DNA of 64,000 nt from Minisyncoccia bacterium (lineage in GTDB: Bacteria; Patescibacteriota; Minisyncoccia; Phycocordibacterales; JAACPR01). Made by a program: the position numbers and the translations under genes. This document shows positions 55,350 through 63,431 of this stretch, in pieces. How positions within the stretch are numbered: position 1 is the first letter of the stretch; each line of letters starts with the position of its first letter. The notes under the pieces are model-generated. The model made no database searches, was not told where the DNA came from, and was given only the letters and a program-made list of their open reading frames with translations. Location of the stretch: the NCBI GenBank assembly GCA_041740795.1, contig JBGSLH010000012.1, positions 19,146 through 83,145 of the forward strand. Reading direction: 5' to 3'.

Positions 55350-56756
55350 ATGAAAAAATTAATTATAAATTTAAGCTTTATCTTCATTGCATTTCCTGCA
55401 GTGACATTTGCTAGTGGCGGATGGTACGGGGACGATTATTCTTATGACAGCAACAGCTGGTACGGAGATGACTATTCATACGGCAACAACAGCTGGTACG
55501 GAGATAACTACTCCTATAATTCGTCACCATGGTACGGGGATGATTATGGATATGACAACGGAAGCTGGTACGGAGATGACTATTCATACGGCAGCAACAG
55601 TTGGTACGGAGATAACTACTCCTATAATTCGTCACCATGGTACGGGGATAATTATTCATACGATAATTCCTATTACGCAAGTAACAACAACTACAATTAC
55701 AACAATTACGACTACAGTAATTACGACTACTCAAACTATGGGTACAACGACTATGATTACGGGTATAACGACTACGATTATGGGTATGATAATTACGACT
55801 ATGATTATAATGATCAGTATGCGTACAACTACGATTATGGATATAACTACGATTATAACCAGGATTATTACTACGACTATGGATATGATTACAACGAATG
55901 TACAACTTGTTCATGTCAGAACAATTGTTATAACGATGATGATGATTGTCGTTCAAACTGTACACCTCCTCCAACATACGACGATCTCGACCTTGTCTGT
56001 GTAGTATCTGATCGGAACGTAGAAGAAGGGGAATCTGTAACATTTACTGCAGAAGCTGACGGCGGAAGTGGTTCATACACCTACCGATGGTCTGGAGATG
56101 TTTCTGGTTCAAGTCGAATCATCAACACTCGATTTAACTATGAAGGAACATACTATGGAACTGTCAGAGTGACAGATTCACGTGGTAAGACCGCTACTGC
56201 AAACTGTTCATCAGTTGTCGTAGAAGAAGAGGAGGACGAGGACTTTGACGCAGTATGTAAGGTTTCAGATTCTTCAATCGAAGAAGGAGACCGAGTTACA
56301 TTTACTGCAGACGTTGACGGTGGAGACAGTCCATTCGATTACGATTGGTCTGGAGACGCTGACAGTTCAAGTCGAAGTTTTAGTAAGACGTTCAGTCGAT
56401 CTGGAACATACGAAGTTGACCTTAAGGTGATTGACGACGAAGGTCGTGTTGCTCGGGATACATGTACTGTTCGAGTAAAGGATGAAGATGAGGATAATGA
56501 CAACGATCGAGATATTAATGTCGTTGCCCGAACCAATCCTTCAAACAACGATGGTAACTTCGCTTCTGTCGACTCAGTATATCTGAACCAGGTTCCATAC
56601 ACTGGACCTGAAGACGTAGCAAAGGGAATTGCCTTTGCTGTCGGAATTCTCGCTTGGAGTATCGGTGGAGCGCTTATCATCCGAAACAAGATGGATAAGA
56701 AAGCAGTTTCAAACCGAATCGAAGCATTCAAGAGTGCGAACAAGACAAACGTCTAA
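55350..56756 (+). CDS. Secreted surface protein: D/Y/N-rich repeats, two PKD-like domains and a VPYTG-type sorting signal
   Basis: Signal peptide, 8 copies of SWYGD[DN]YSY, a YDYxNYDY tract, two 80-aa repeats VTFTA..GG...Y.WSGD (PKD-like), then VPYTG followed by a TM and RNKMDKK. Confidence 0.75.
   Translation: MKKLIINLSFIFIAFPAVTFASGGWYGDDYSYDSNSWYGDDYSYGNNSWYGDNYSYNSSPWYGDDYGYDNGSWYGDDYSYGSNSWYGDNYSYNSSPWYGDNYSYDNSYYASNNNYNYNNYDYSNYDYSNYGYNDYDYGYNDYDYGYDNYDYDYNDQYAYNYDYGYNYDYNQDYYYDYGYDYNECTTCSCQNNCYNDDDDCRSNCTPPPTYDDLDLVCVVSDRNVEEGESVTFTAEADGGSGSYTYRWSGDVSGSSRIINTRFNYEGTYYGTVRVTDSRGKTATANCSSVVVEEEEDEDFDAVCKVSDSSIEEGDRVTFTADVDGGDSPFDYDWSGDADSSSRSFSKTFSRSGTYEVDLKVIDDEGRVARDTCTVRVKDEDEDNDNDRDINVVARTNPSNNDGNFASVDSVYLNQVPYTGPEDVAKGIAFAVGILAWSIGGALIIRNKMDKKAVSNRIEAFKSANKTNV
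55413..55896 (+). repeat. Coding low-complexity tandem repeats (36-bp unit, 108-bp higher order)
   Basis: Reiterated AGCTGGTACGGAGATGACTATTCATAC-type units, then TAYGAYTAY-rich sequence. Confidence 0.85.
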
Positions 56757-56773
56757 ATTCTAAATTAGCAAAC

Positions 56774-56800
56774 GGCGCGCCCCTATGGGGCGCGCCTTTT
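56774..56800. terminator. Bidirectional terminator
   Basis: GGCGCGCCCC-TAT-GGGGCGCGCC followed by TTTT. Confidence 0.7.
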
Positions 56801-56809
56801 GTTTTGTTT

Positions 56810-58543
56810 CTACAACAGACCTTTGAAGAGTTCAATCACTTCCTCGACAGGCTTCTGTCCAAGCGGACCTTCGTCACGACTTTCCAGCGTGAACTTCTGA
56901 GCTTCAATGTCTTTATCGCCAATTATAACAAAGTAGGGAACTCGATCATCCTTGGCACGCTTTACCTTTTTTCCAAAATTATCCTTTGAATCAAGAAGTA
57001 CTGATCTGATGTCCAATTTTTTGAAATCGTCATGCAGACACTGAGCGGATTTGAGATGGGCATCTCCGATCGGAATGATTGCGACTTGTACAGGAGCCAT
57101 CCAGAAAGGGAAGTTGCCGGCGTAGTGCTCAATGATGATTGATAGGAATCTCTCAAGTGATCCTGCAATTGCTCGGTGAATCATCACAGGGGTCTTTTTA
57201 AATCCGTCTTTGTCTGTGTATTCAAGCTCAAAACGCTTTGGCATATTGAAATCAAGCTGCACTGTTCCGAGTTGTCGTTCTCGACCTATTGCATCTTTGA
57301 ATATGAAGTCGATTTTCGGACCATAGAACGCCGCTTCTCCTGGAATAATTTTGTACGGTAGATTTTCTTCCTTCGCAATTTCTTCAAGTGCCGCTTCTGC
57401 AATTGCCCAAGTCTCCTTGTCTCCAAGATATTTTTCTGGAGTTGCAGGATCTGAGAATGAGAGTGATACCCAATAGTTGCCTTCGTACATCAATCCGAGA
57501 AGTTCGTAAAACTGTTTGATGATTGAAACGATATTCCGGATCTCTTCCTTAACTTGTTCCGGTGTACAGAACACATGCCCATCATCCTGGGTAATGCTTC
57601 GAACACGTCCGAGTCCCATAAGTTCTCCGGATTGCTCGTCTCGATAAACTACACCTGGCTCTGTATATCGAACTGGAAGCTCTTTGTAGCTCCGTGCCTT
57701 CGATGCAAAGATCTGGGTGTGATGTGGGCAGTTCATCGGTTTCATCACAAAATCAGTTTCCTGACCCTTCACGTGGAAAAGCTCGTCCTTGAATTTGTCC
57801 CAGTGTCCAGACTTCATATAGAGTTCGGGTTTTGTGATGTGGGGAATCCATACTTCCTGATAGTCGAATGCACTTTGGAGTTGTTGAATTTTTGAAATGA
57901 TCGCTTTTCGCATCGCGGTTCCTTTTGGAGTAAAGAGGGGAAGTCCCGGACCTACCAATTCTGAAAAAGTGAAAAGATCAAGTTCCTTTCCGAGCTTGCG
58001 ATGGTCGCGTTCCTTGGCCTGTTCCATTCGTACGAGATATTCATCAAGTTCGACTTTATTTTCAAATGCGAGTCCGTAGATTCTTGTAAGCATTGAATTT
58101 TTTTCGTCTCCTCTCCAATACGCACCTGCTACTCGGTCAAGTTTGAAACTTTCGGGATCAATCTCGTTCATGTGTTCAACATGTCCACCACGACAGAGGT
58201 CGATGAATTCTCCAGATTGATAGAACGTAATATCTTCGTTTCGAGAAATTATTTCCTCGATAAGTTCGAGCTTGTATTTGTTGTCTTTGAAAAATTCACG
58301 CGCCTCATCAGGAGTTTTTGAAATTGCTGTAAAACCATCCCAAGTCGGGAGGATTTTTTTCATCTCTTTTTGAATTCGTGCAAGATCATGATCTGTAACT
58401 TTCTGTGCTCCAAAGTCACAGTCATAATAGAATCCGTTATCCGTAGCAGGACCGATAGTGAGTTTGGCTTCGGGATAGATACTTATAACTGCTTGTGCAA
58501 GCAGGTGGGCGAGTGAGTGCCGTTTTTCTTGTATTGTGGACAT
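56810..58543 (-). CDS. thrS: Threonyl-tRNA synthetase (short form lacking the N-terminal TGS region)
   Basis: Starts at the HSLAHLLAQAV editing-domain motif. Class II core and a C-terminal anticodon-binding domain. Confidence 0.9.
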   Translation of the reverse strand: MSTIQEKRHSLAHLLAQAVISIYPEAKLTIGPATDNGFYYDCDFGAQKVTDHDLARIQKEMKKILPTWDGFTAISKTPDEAREFFKDNKYKLELIEEIISRNEDITFYQSGEFIDLCRGGHVEHMNEIDPESFKLDRVAGAYWRGDEKNSMLTRIYGLAFENKVELDEYLVRMEQAKERDHRKLGKELDLFTFSELVGPGLPLFTPKGTAMRKAIISKIQQLQSAFDYQEVWIPHITKPELYMKSGHWDKFKDELFHVKGQETDFVMKPMNCPHHTQIFASKARSYKELPVRYTEPGVVYRDEQSGELMGLGRVRSITQDDGHVFCTPEQVKEEIRNIVSIIKQFYELLGLMYEGNYWVSLSFSDPATPEKYLGDKETWAIAEAALEEIAKEENLPYKIIPGEAAFYGPKIDFIFKDAIGRERQLGTVQLDFNMPKRFELEYTDKDGFKKTPVMIHRAIAGSLERFLSIIIEHYAGNFPFWMAPVQVAIIPIGDAHLKSAQCLHDDFKKLDIRSVLLDSKDNFGKKVKRAKDDRVPYFVIIGDKDIEAQKFTLESRDEGPLGQKPVEEVIELFKGLL

Positions 58544-58583
58544 GTCTTGTATAGTAGCAAAATAAAGACTTTTGTCATCCTAC

Positions 58584-58626
58584 TACAACGCCCAGAGCGT
58601 GACGTCGTCACGCTCTGGGCGTTGTA
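58584..58626. repeat. 20-bp perfect hairpin in the thrS / mazF-like divergent region
   Basis: TACAACGCCCAGAGCGTGAC-GTC-GTCACGCTCTGGGCGTTGTA, preceded by GTCATCC. Confidence 0.7.
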
Positions 58627-58698
58627 AAATAAATAGGGACAATAAAGATATAGAATTTCTTTATAGAGATTTGATAAAAAATCACTAGGATATATACA

Positions 58699-59082
58699 AT
58701 GAAGGATTTCGATCATTGGAATGTTTTGAAGAAGAATATTCAAAATGATATAAAAATAAAATATTGTAAACAGCGTGAAATTTGGTGGACATCAATAGGT
58801 TTGAATATTGGATCAGAAGAGGACGGAAAAAATAATTTATACGAAAGGCCTGTGTTAATCTTAAAAGTTTTTAGTCAGGATTTGATTCGAGTTCTTCCTT
58901 TGTCTAGTCGTCTAAAGAACGATGAACATAATGTTATTATAAAATATGAAAAAACAGTCTGTACAGCACTTCTTTCTCAGATGAAATCTGTCAGTAAAAA
59001 AAGACTGACTAGAAAGATTGGAAGACTTTCCAAATATGAATTCGAAGTAATTGTTAATAAAATTAGAACGTTCATTGTGTGA
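58699..59082 (+). CDS. PemK/MazF family toxin-like protein
   Basis: REIWWTSIGLNIGSEEDGKNNLYERPVLILKVF...VLPLSS pattern. No antitoxin ORF seen on either side. Confidence 0.65.
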   Translation: MKDFDHWNVLKKNIQNDIKIKYCKQREIWWTSIGLNIGSEEDGKNNLYERPVLILKVFSQDLIRVLPLSSRLKNDEHNVIIKYEKTVCTALLSQMKSVSKKRLTRKIGRLSKYEFEVIVNKIRTFIV

Positions 59083-59193
59083 TGTAAAACGAAACCCCAC
59101 TGGTTACAGTGGGGAATCTCGGAGCCCTAAGGCGTTGTATATACAATATTACCAAAGTTTATTGTGTAGTCAATCAGGAAATTTAGAATTCCT

Positions 59194-62100
59194 TTATTCC
59201 AACTTCTTGATCTTATCAACCAAGATACTCTTCTCCCCATTCCTCACCGAGATCGTCCCTTTGACCGCGATGCATCCATCACCTTCTATAATATCTTTGT
59301 ACTTCTCATACACTTTAGGAAAACAGACACATTCAAGCGAATCGGTGTAATCCTTTATCTTAAGAAATGCCATAGGCGCGCCCTTTTTGGTGAGGATCGG
59401 TTTGCATTCTTCGATTATTCCTGCAACAACAAGAGTAACACCATCTTTACTTTCTGCTTTTATTTTTTCTACCGTGTGTCCATTTGTTAATAAGTCCTTG
59501 AATTGATCGAGAGGATTCCCTGTAACGTAGAGTCCGAGCAGTTCCTTTTCCCATCCAAGCATTTCTTGTTTGGATATTGTAGGTCCTGGTTCGAGATGTA
59601 GATGAGAGATTTCGATACTGCTTGAAGTGAAGAGAGAGTCTTGGTCTGCATCTGCCTTGGCAATTTCCTTGTTGAACTTGAGAAGATTTTCGAAGTTGTG
59701 TAGAAGCAGAGCGCGGTCCGGATTGAGACTGTCGAATGCACCGGTCTTGATAAGTGCTTCTAGAGATTTTTTATTCAAATTCCGATCAACCACGCGTGTA
59801 AAAAAATCTTCAAGATCGACGAACTTGCCGTTCTCCTTTCGTTCCTTGATGATGGCATCGGCGATTCCTTGTCCAAAGTTTTTGATTGTTGTTAACCCGA
59901 AGCGAATAATCTCTTTGCCACGTTCGCCTGGTACCACACCGAAGTCTGCGAACGATTCGTTGATATCTGGTGGAAGCACAGTGATGCCCATTCGTTCGCA
60001 CTCGTGTACCATGGTCGCGATTTTGTCGACATCTCCTGAATCGGCAGTAAGTACAGATGCCATGTAGAGTACGGGATAGTTGGCCTTGAGATATGAAGTC
60101 AGGTAGGCAACTCGTCCATAAGCAGCAGCGTGAGCCTTGTTGAATCCGTATGCAGCAAACGTCTCGATCATGTCCCAGAGTTTGTGTGTATTGTCTTCCG
60201 AAAATCCTCCGACTTCAATACATCCCTTGATGAACTTTTCTTTTTGTTTCACCATTTCTTCCGGAATCTTCTTACCTACAGCCTTACGGAACTTGTCGGC
60301 TTCTCCCCAAGAATATCCTGCGAGGTTTACTGCAATCAAAAGAATATCATCTTGATAAATTAGAATTCCATATGTCGTCTCGAGATACGGTTTTAGTTTT
60401 GCATCAAAGTACACAACTTTCTCAGGATTGTGTTTTCGCTCGATATAATCAGGAATAAAGGCGAGAGGACCAGGTCGATAGAGTGCCACCATCGCATTGA
60501 TGTCATGGATATTCGAAGGTTTCAACTCTTTGAGGAATCGTGTCATGCCGTCTCCGTTGAGTTGGAAGGTTGCTTCGGTTTCACCGCGTGCCAACATGTC
60601 GAATGTATTTTTATTATCCAAAGGAATTTCATCAACATCAATTTTTTCTCCATACAATTTGTCTGCCATCTTTACTGTTTGAGCTATGATACTGAGGTTT
60701 TTTAGTCCAAGGAAGTCGAATTTGAGGAGACCTGCTTCTTCAACAGAGTGCATATCGTATTGTGTGATAATTTTTCCTTCACCCTTTGGATCCATCTGCA
60801 CAGGTACAAAATCAGTCATGGTTGTAGGTGAGATAACTACTCCTGCAGCATGAACACCAATGTGTCGTGCACATCCCTCAATCTTTCGGGCCATATCAAT
60901 AATTACTTTTGAATCAGCATCAGTCTTGTACAATTCGGCCAATTCAGGAGTGTCATCAAGTGCACGCTTGATGGTCATCGGGAATCCTTGAGCTCCGAGT
61001 GGAATAAGTTTTGCAATCGCGTCTCCTTTTGCATAATCAAATCCCATAGCACGCGCGGTGTCTCGCACTGCACCTTTGGCAAGCATTTTTCCGAATGTTC
61101 CAATTTGAGCAACGTTGTGTGCTCCGTATGTACGACGAGCGTATTCGATCATGTCATCACGCCTATTATCGGCGAAGTCCATGTCAATATCAGGAGGTGA
61201 AGGACGCTCAGGGTTGAGGAATCGTTCAAAGGGAAGTCCGTATTCGATTGGATCGACCGTGGTGATTCCTACAAGATATGAGACGAGTGATCCGGCCGCA
61301 GACCCTCGAGTGTTGGACTGGATACCTGCTTCTTTGGCATATCTGATAAGGTCTCCCACTACAAGAAAATATGGCGAGTATCCTTTGGTCTCGATAACAT
61401 CAAGTTCATACTCGACTCGTTTGAGAAGACTTTCTGTAGGTTCCATTTTTCTTCTTTCGATTCCAGCAAAGGCTTTTTCTCGGAGAACATCTTTGGCAAG
61501 TCTTCCTTCAAGGTCAATCGCAGGGAACACCCAGTTACCAAGTTCGAGCTCAATATTACATTTGTCTATAACTTCTTGAATGTTGTCGAGCGCTTCGGGA
61601 ATATCCTTGAAGTACTGATTGGCCTCTTTTTGTGAAATAAAAGAAAAATTCTCCTCGTCATCAACTCCTGCATCTCCACCGAAAGATGATTGTACCGACA
61701 TGAGTGTTCTACGAGCATCACGATCTTCAGGTTTGATGTAGTACACATCAGAGGCTGCGACTAGTTTTGTTCCAGTTTCTTTTGCAAATTCTTTTATGAG
61801 ACTCATCCGTCCTTCATGACCTTCGATTTCTGGATGATGAGTTATTTCGATATAGAAATCATCACCAAAAGTTTCTTTGTAGTACGCAAGAATTTCAAGG
61901 GCTCGTTCCTTGTTACTCATTGCTAATGCATTTACGATTTCACTATTGAATGAAGGGGAGATGCAAATGAGACCCTCGTGATGTTTTGTAATGAGTTCAC
62001 GATCTATTCGAGGCTTATAATAAAATCCATCAAGGTGGGAATCTGTAACAATTTGAATGAGGTTTTTATATCCAACTTCATTTTTTACCAATAAAATAAG

Positions 62101-62364
62101 TCTGGTTCGACGTGCATCCATTCGTTCCTTGTCCTTGCGAGTTCGTGCTGCGACATACGCATCGATTCCAATAATAGGCTTAATATTATTTTCAAGACAT
62201 TTTTTATAAAAATCTATCGCTCCGTATAAGTTTCCGTTATCAGTAAGTGCAAGTGCCTTTTGACCGTCAGCAACTGCTGCAGCGATCAGATCCTTTATCT
62301 TTGGAAGGGCAGTCAAAAGACTATAATGGCTGTGCACGTGCAAATGGGAAAAGGGTTTGCTCAT
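59194..62364 (-). CDS. dnaE: DNA polymerase III alpha subunit
   Basis: PHP domain FSHLHVHSHYSLL, polymerase core and OB fold. Start trimmed to MSKPF, 7 nt after TATAAT. Confidence 0.95.
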   Translation of the reverse strand: MSKPFSHLHVHSHYSLLTALPKIKDLIAAAVADGQKALALTDNGNLYGAIDFYKKCLENNIKPIIGIDAYVAARTRKDKERMDARRTRLILLVKNEVGYKNLIQIVTDSHLDGFYYKPRIDRELITKHHEGLICISPSFNSEIVNALAMSNKERALEILAYYKETFGDDFYIEITHHPEIEGHEGRMSLIKEFAKETGTKLVAASDVYYIKPEDRDARRTLMSVQSSFGGDAGVDDEENFSFISQKEANQYFKDIPEALDNIQEVIDKCNIELELGNWVFPAIDLEGRLAKDVLREKAFAGIERRKMEPTESLLKRVEYELDVIETKGYSPYFLVVGDLIRYAKEAGIQSNTRGSAAGSLVSYLVGITTVDPIEYGLPFERFLNPERPSPPDIDMDFADNRRDDMIEYARRTYGAHNVAQIGTFGKMLAKGAVRDTARAMGFDYAKGDAIAKLIPLGAQGFPMTIKRALDDTPELAELYKTDADSKVIIDMARKIEGCARHIGVHAAGVVISPTTMTDFVPVQMDPKGEGKIITQYDMHSVEEAGLLKFDFLGLKNLSIIAQTVKMADKLYGEKIDVDEIPLDNKNTFDMLARGETEATFQLNGDGMTRFLKELKPSNIHDINAMVALYRPGPLAFIPDYIERKHNPEKVVYFDAKLKPYLETTYGILIYQDDILLIAVNLAGYSWGEADKFRKAVGKKIPEEMVKQKEKFIKGCIEVGGFSEDNTHKLWDMIETFAAYGFNKAHAAAYGRVAYLTSYLKANYPVLYMASVLTADSGDVDKIATMVHECERMGITVLPPDINESFADFGVVPGERGKEIIRFGLTTIKNFGQGIADAIIKERKENGKFVDLEDFFTRVVDRNLNKKSLEALIKTGAFDSLNPDRALLLHNFENLLKFNKEIAKADADQDSLFTSSSIEISHLHLEPGPTISKQEMLGWEKELLGLYVTGNPLDQFKDLLTNGHTVEKIKAESKDGVTLVVAGIIEECKPILTKKGAPMAFLKIKDYTDSLECVCFPKVYEKYKDIIEGDGCIAVKGTISVRNGEKSILVDKIKKLE

Positions 62365-62383
62365 ATCTGATATTATACACACT
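62365..62383. promoter_or_regulatory. 19-bp divergent region with overlapping -10 boxes for dnaE and rnhB
   Basis: Plus strand TATTAT at 62371-62376 and minus strand TATAAT at 62372-62377. Each lies 7 nt from its ATG. Confidence 0.5.
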
Positions 62384-63112
62384 ATGGCAAAGGATTTAAG
62401 GTGGACAACTCAATACATCATTGGTGTAGACGAAGCAGGACGGGGCCCGCTTGCGGGCCCCGTTGCTGTCGGTGTTTCTTTTGTTCCAAAACTCTATCAA
62501 AAACAGGTATTTTCTTTTCTTAAAAAGGCAGGACTTAACGATTCTAAGCAAGTCAAAGAAGTGACTCGAGAATCACTGTATAAGACACTTGTCCAACTCA
62601 GAAAGGAACAAAAGTTAGACTGGGCAGTAACACTCGTCCCTGCAAAAATTATTTCAACCAAGGGGATTGTGTTTGCTGTTAATTTTGGAATAAAAATGGG
62701 GTTGCAGAAAGTTTTAGCACGTCATCCCGCAAGAAGTGGCTCCGTAGGAGGAACGAAAATGCGGGATCTCGCTATAAAAAATTACGAGATCCCGCAACTT
62801 CGCCGGCCTACGGCCGGCTCGTGCAGGATGACACGTAACATAGAACTCGAAATGGACGGAGCACTCAAAATTCCACCAGGAGAATGGAAAAAAGCATCAG
62901 TCATAATTAAAGGTGATTCAATTAAGCCAAGTATTATGATTGCATCTATACTTGCAAAAGTGACACGCGACAGATATATGAAAAAGATTTCAAAAATTTA
63001 TCCTCAATACTTGTTTGAAATTCACAAGGGATATGGAACCAAAAAGCATCGAGATTTGATTAAAAAATATGGAATGAACAAGGAACATCGGGTAGGGTGG
63101 TGTAAGTACTAG
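62384..63112 (+). CDS. rnhB: Ribonuclease HII (with an internal insertion)
   Basis: IIGVDEAGRGPLAGPV, KGDS, ASILAKVTRD, HKGYGT. Confidence 0.85.
   Translation: MAKDLRWTTQYIIGVDEAGRGPLAGPVAVGVSFVPKLYQKQVFSFLKKAGLNDSKQVKEVTRESLYKTLVQLRKEQKLDWAVTLVPAKIISTKGIVFAVNFGIKMGLQKVLARHPARSGSVGGTKMRDLAIKNYEIPQLRRPTAGSCRMTRNIELEMDGALKIPPGEWKKASVIIKGDSIKPSIMIASILAKVTRDRYMKKISKIYPQYLFEIHKGYGTKKHRDLIKKYGMNKEHRVGWCKY
62721..62832 (+). mobile_element. Composite palindromic element inserted in frame in rnhB
   Basis: GTCATCCCGCA..TGCGGGATCTCG, a loop, then CGAGATCCCGCA..TGCAGGATGAC. Translated as HPARSGSVGGTKMRDLAIKNYEIPQLRRPTAGSCRMT. Confidence 0.7.
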
Positions 63113-63169
63113 AAGTCGATCATTGTTCATTTTGACTTTCTTTTATAAATCTGTTATCTTACTATCACT

Positions 63170-63388
63170 ATGGTAATACGAATGAGACACACACGGGCGC
63201 ATACTGCCAACAGACGATCGCACCACGCGCTCTCTGCATCTGCAATTACAACAGATAAAGAGACTGGAGCAACTCACTTACGACACCGTGCTTCACGAGA
63301 CGGTATCTACAAAGGGAAGCTAGCAATCAAGCCTGTTGAAAAGAAAGCAATTGTGAAGTCGACAAAAACAAAAAAGGCTGTAAAATAA
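63170..63388 (+). CDS. rpmF: 50S ribosomal protein L32 (probable, non-zinc form)
   Basis: RHTRAHTANRRSHHALSA..HLRHR...YKGK pattern. Confidence 0.7.
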   Translation: MVIRMRHTRAHTANRRSHHALSASAITTDKETGATHLRHRASRDGIYKGKLAIKPVEKKAIVKSTKTKKAVK

Positions 63389-63431
63389 TTGAATAGGTAT
63401 TCAATTATTTTATTTATAGCACCTTCAATTT

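Noticed and set aside
55408-56043. 198-aa and 210-aa alternative-frame ORFs inside the surface-protein gene
   Set aside because: They are products of the tandem TAY/GAY repeat staying open in several frames. Only the frame with a signal peptide, PKD-like domains and a sorting signal is coherent.
59095-59114. Plus-strand terminator for the mazF-like gene
   Set aside because: The CCCCACTG-GTTA-CAGTGGGG hairpin is followed by a U-run only on the minus strand, so it more likely terminates dnaE.
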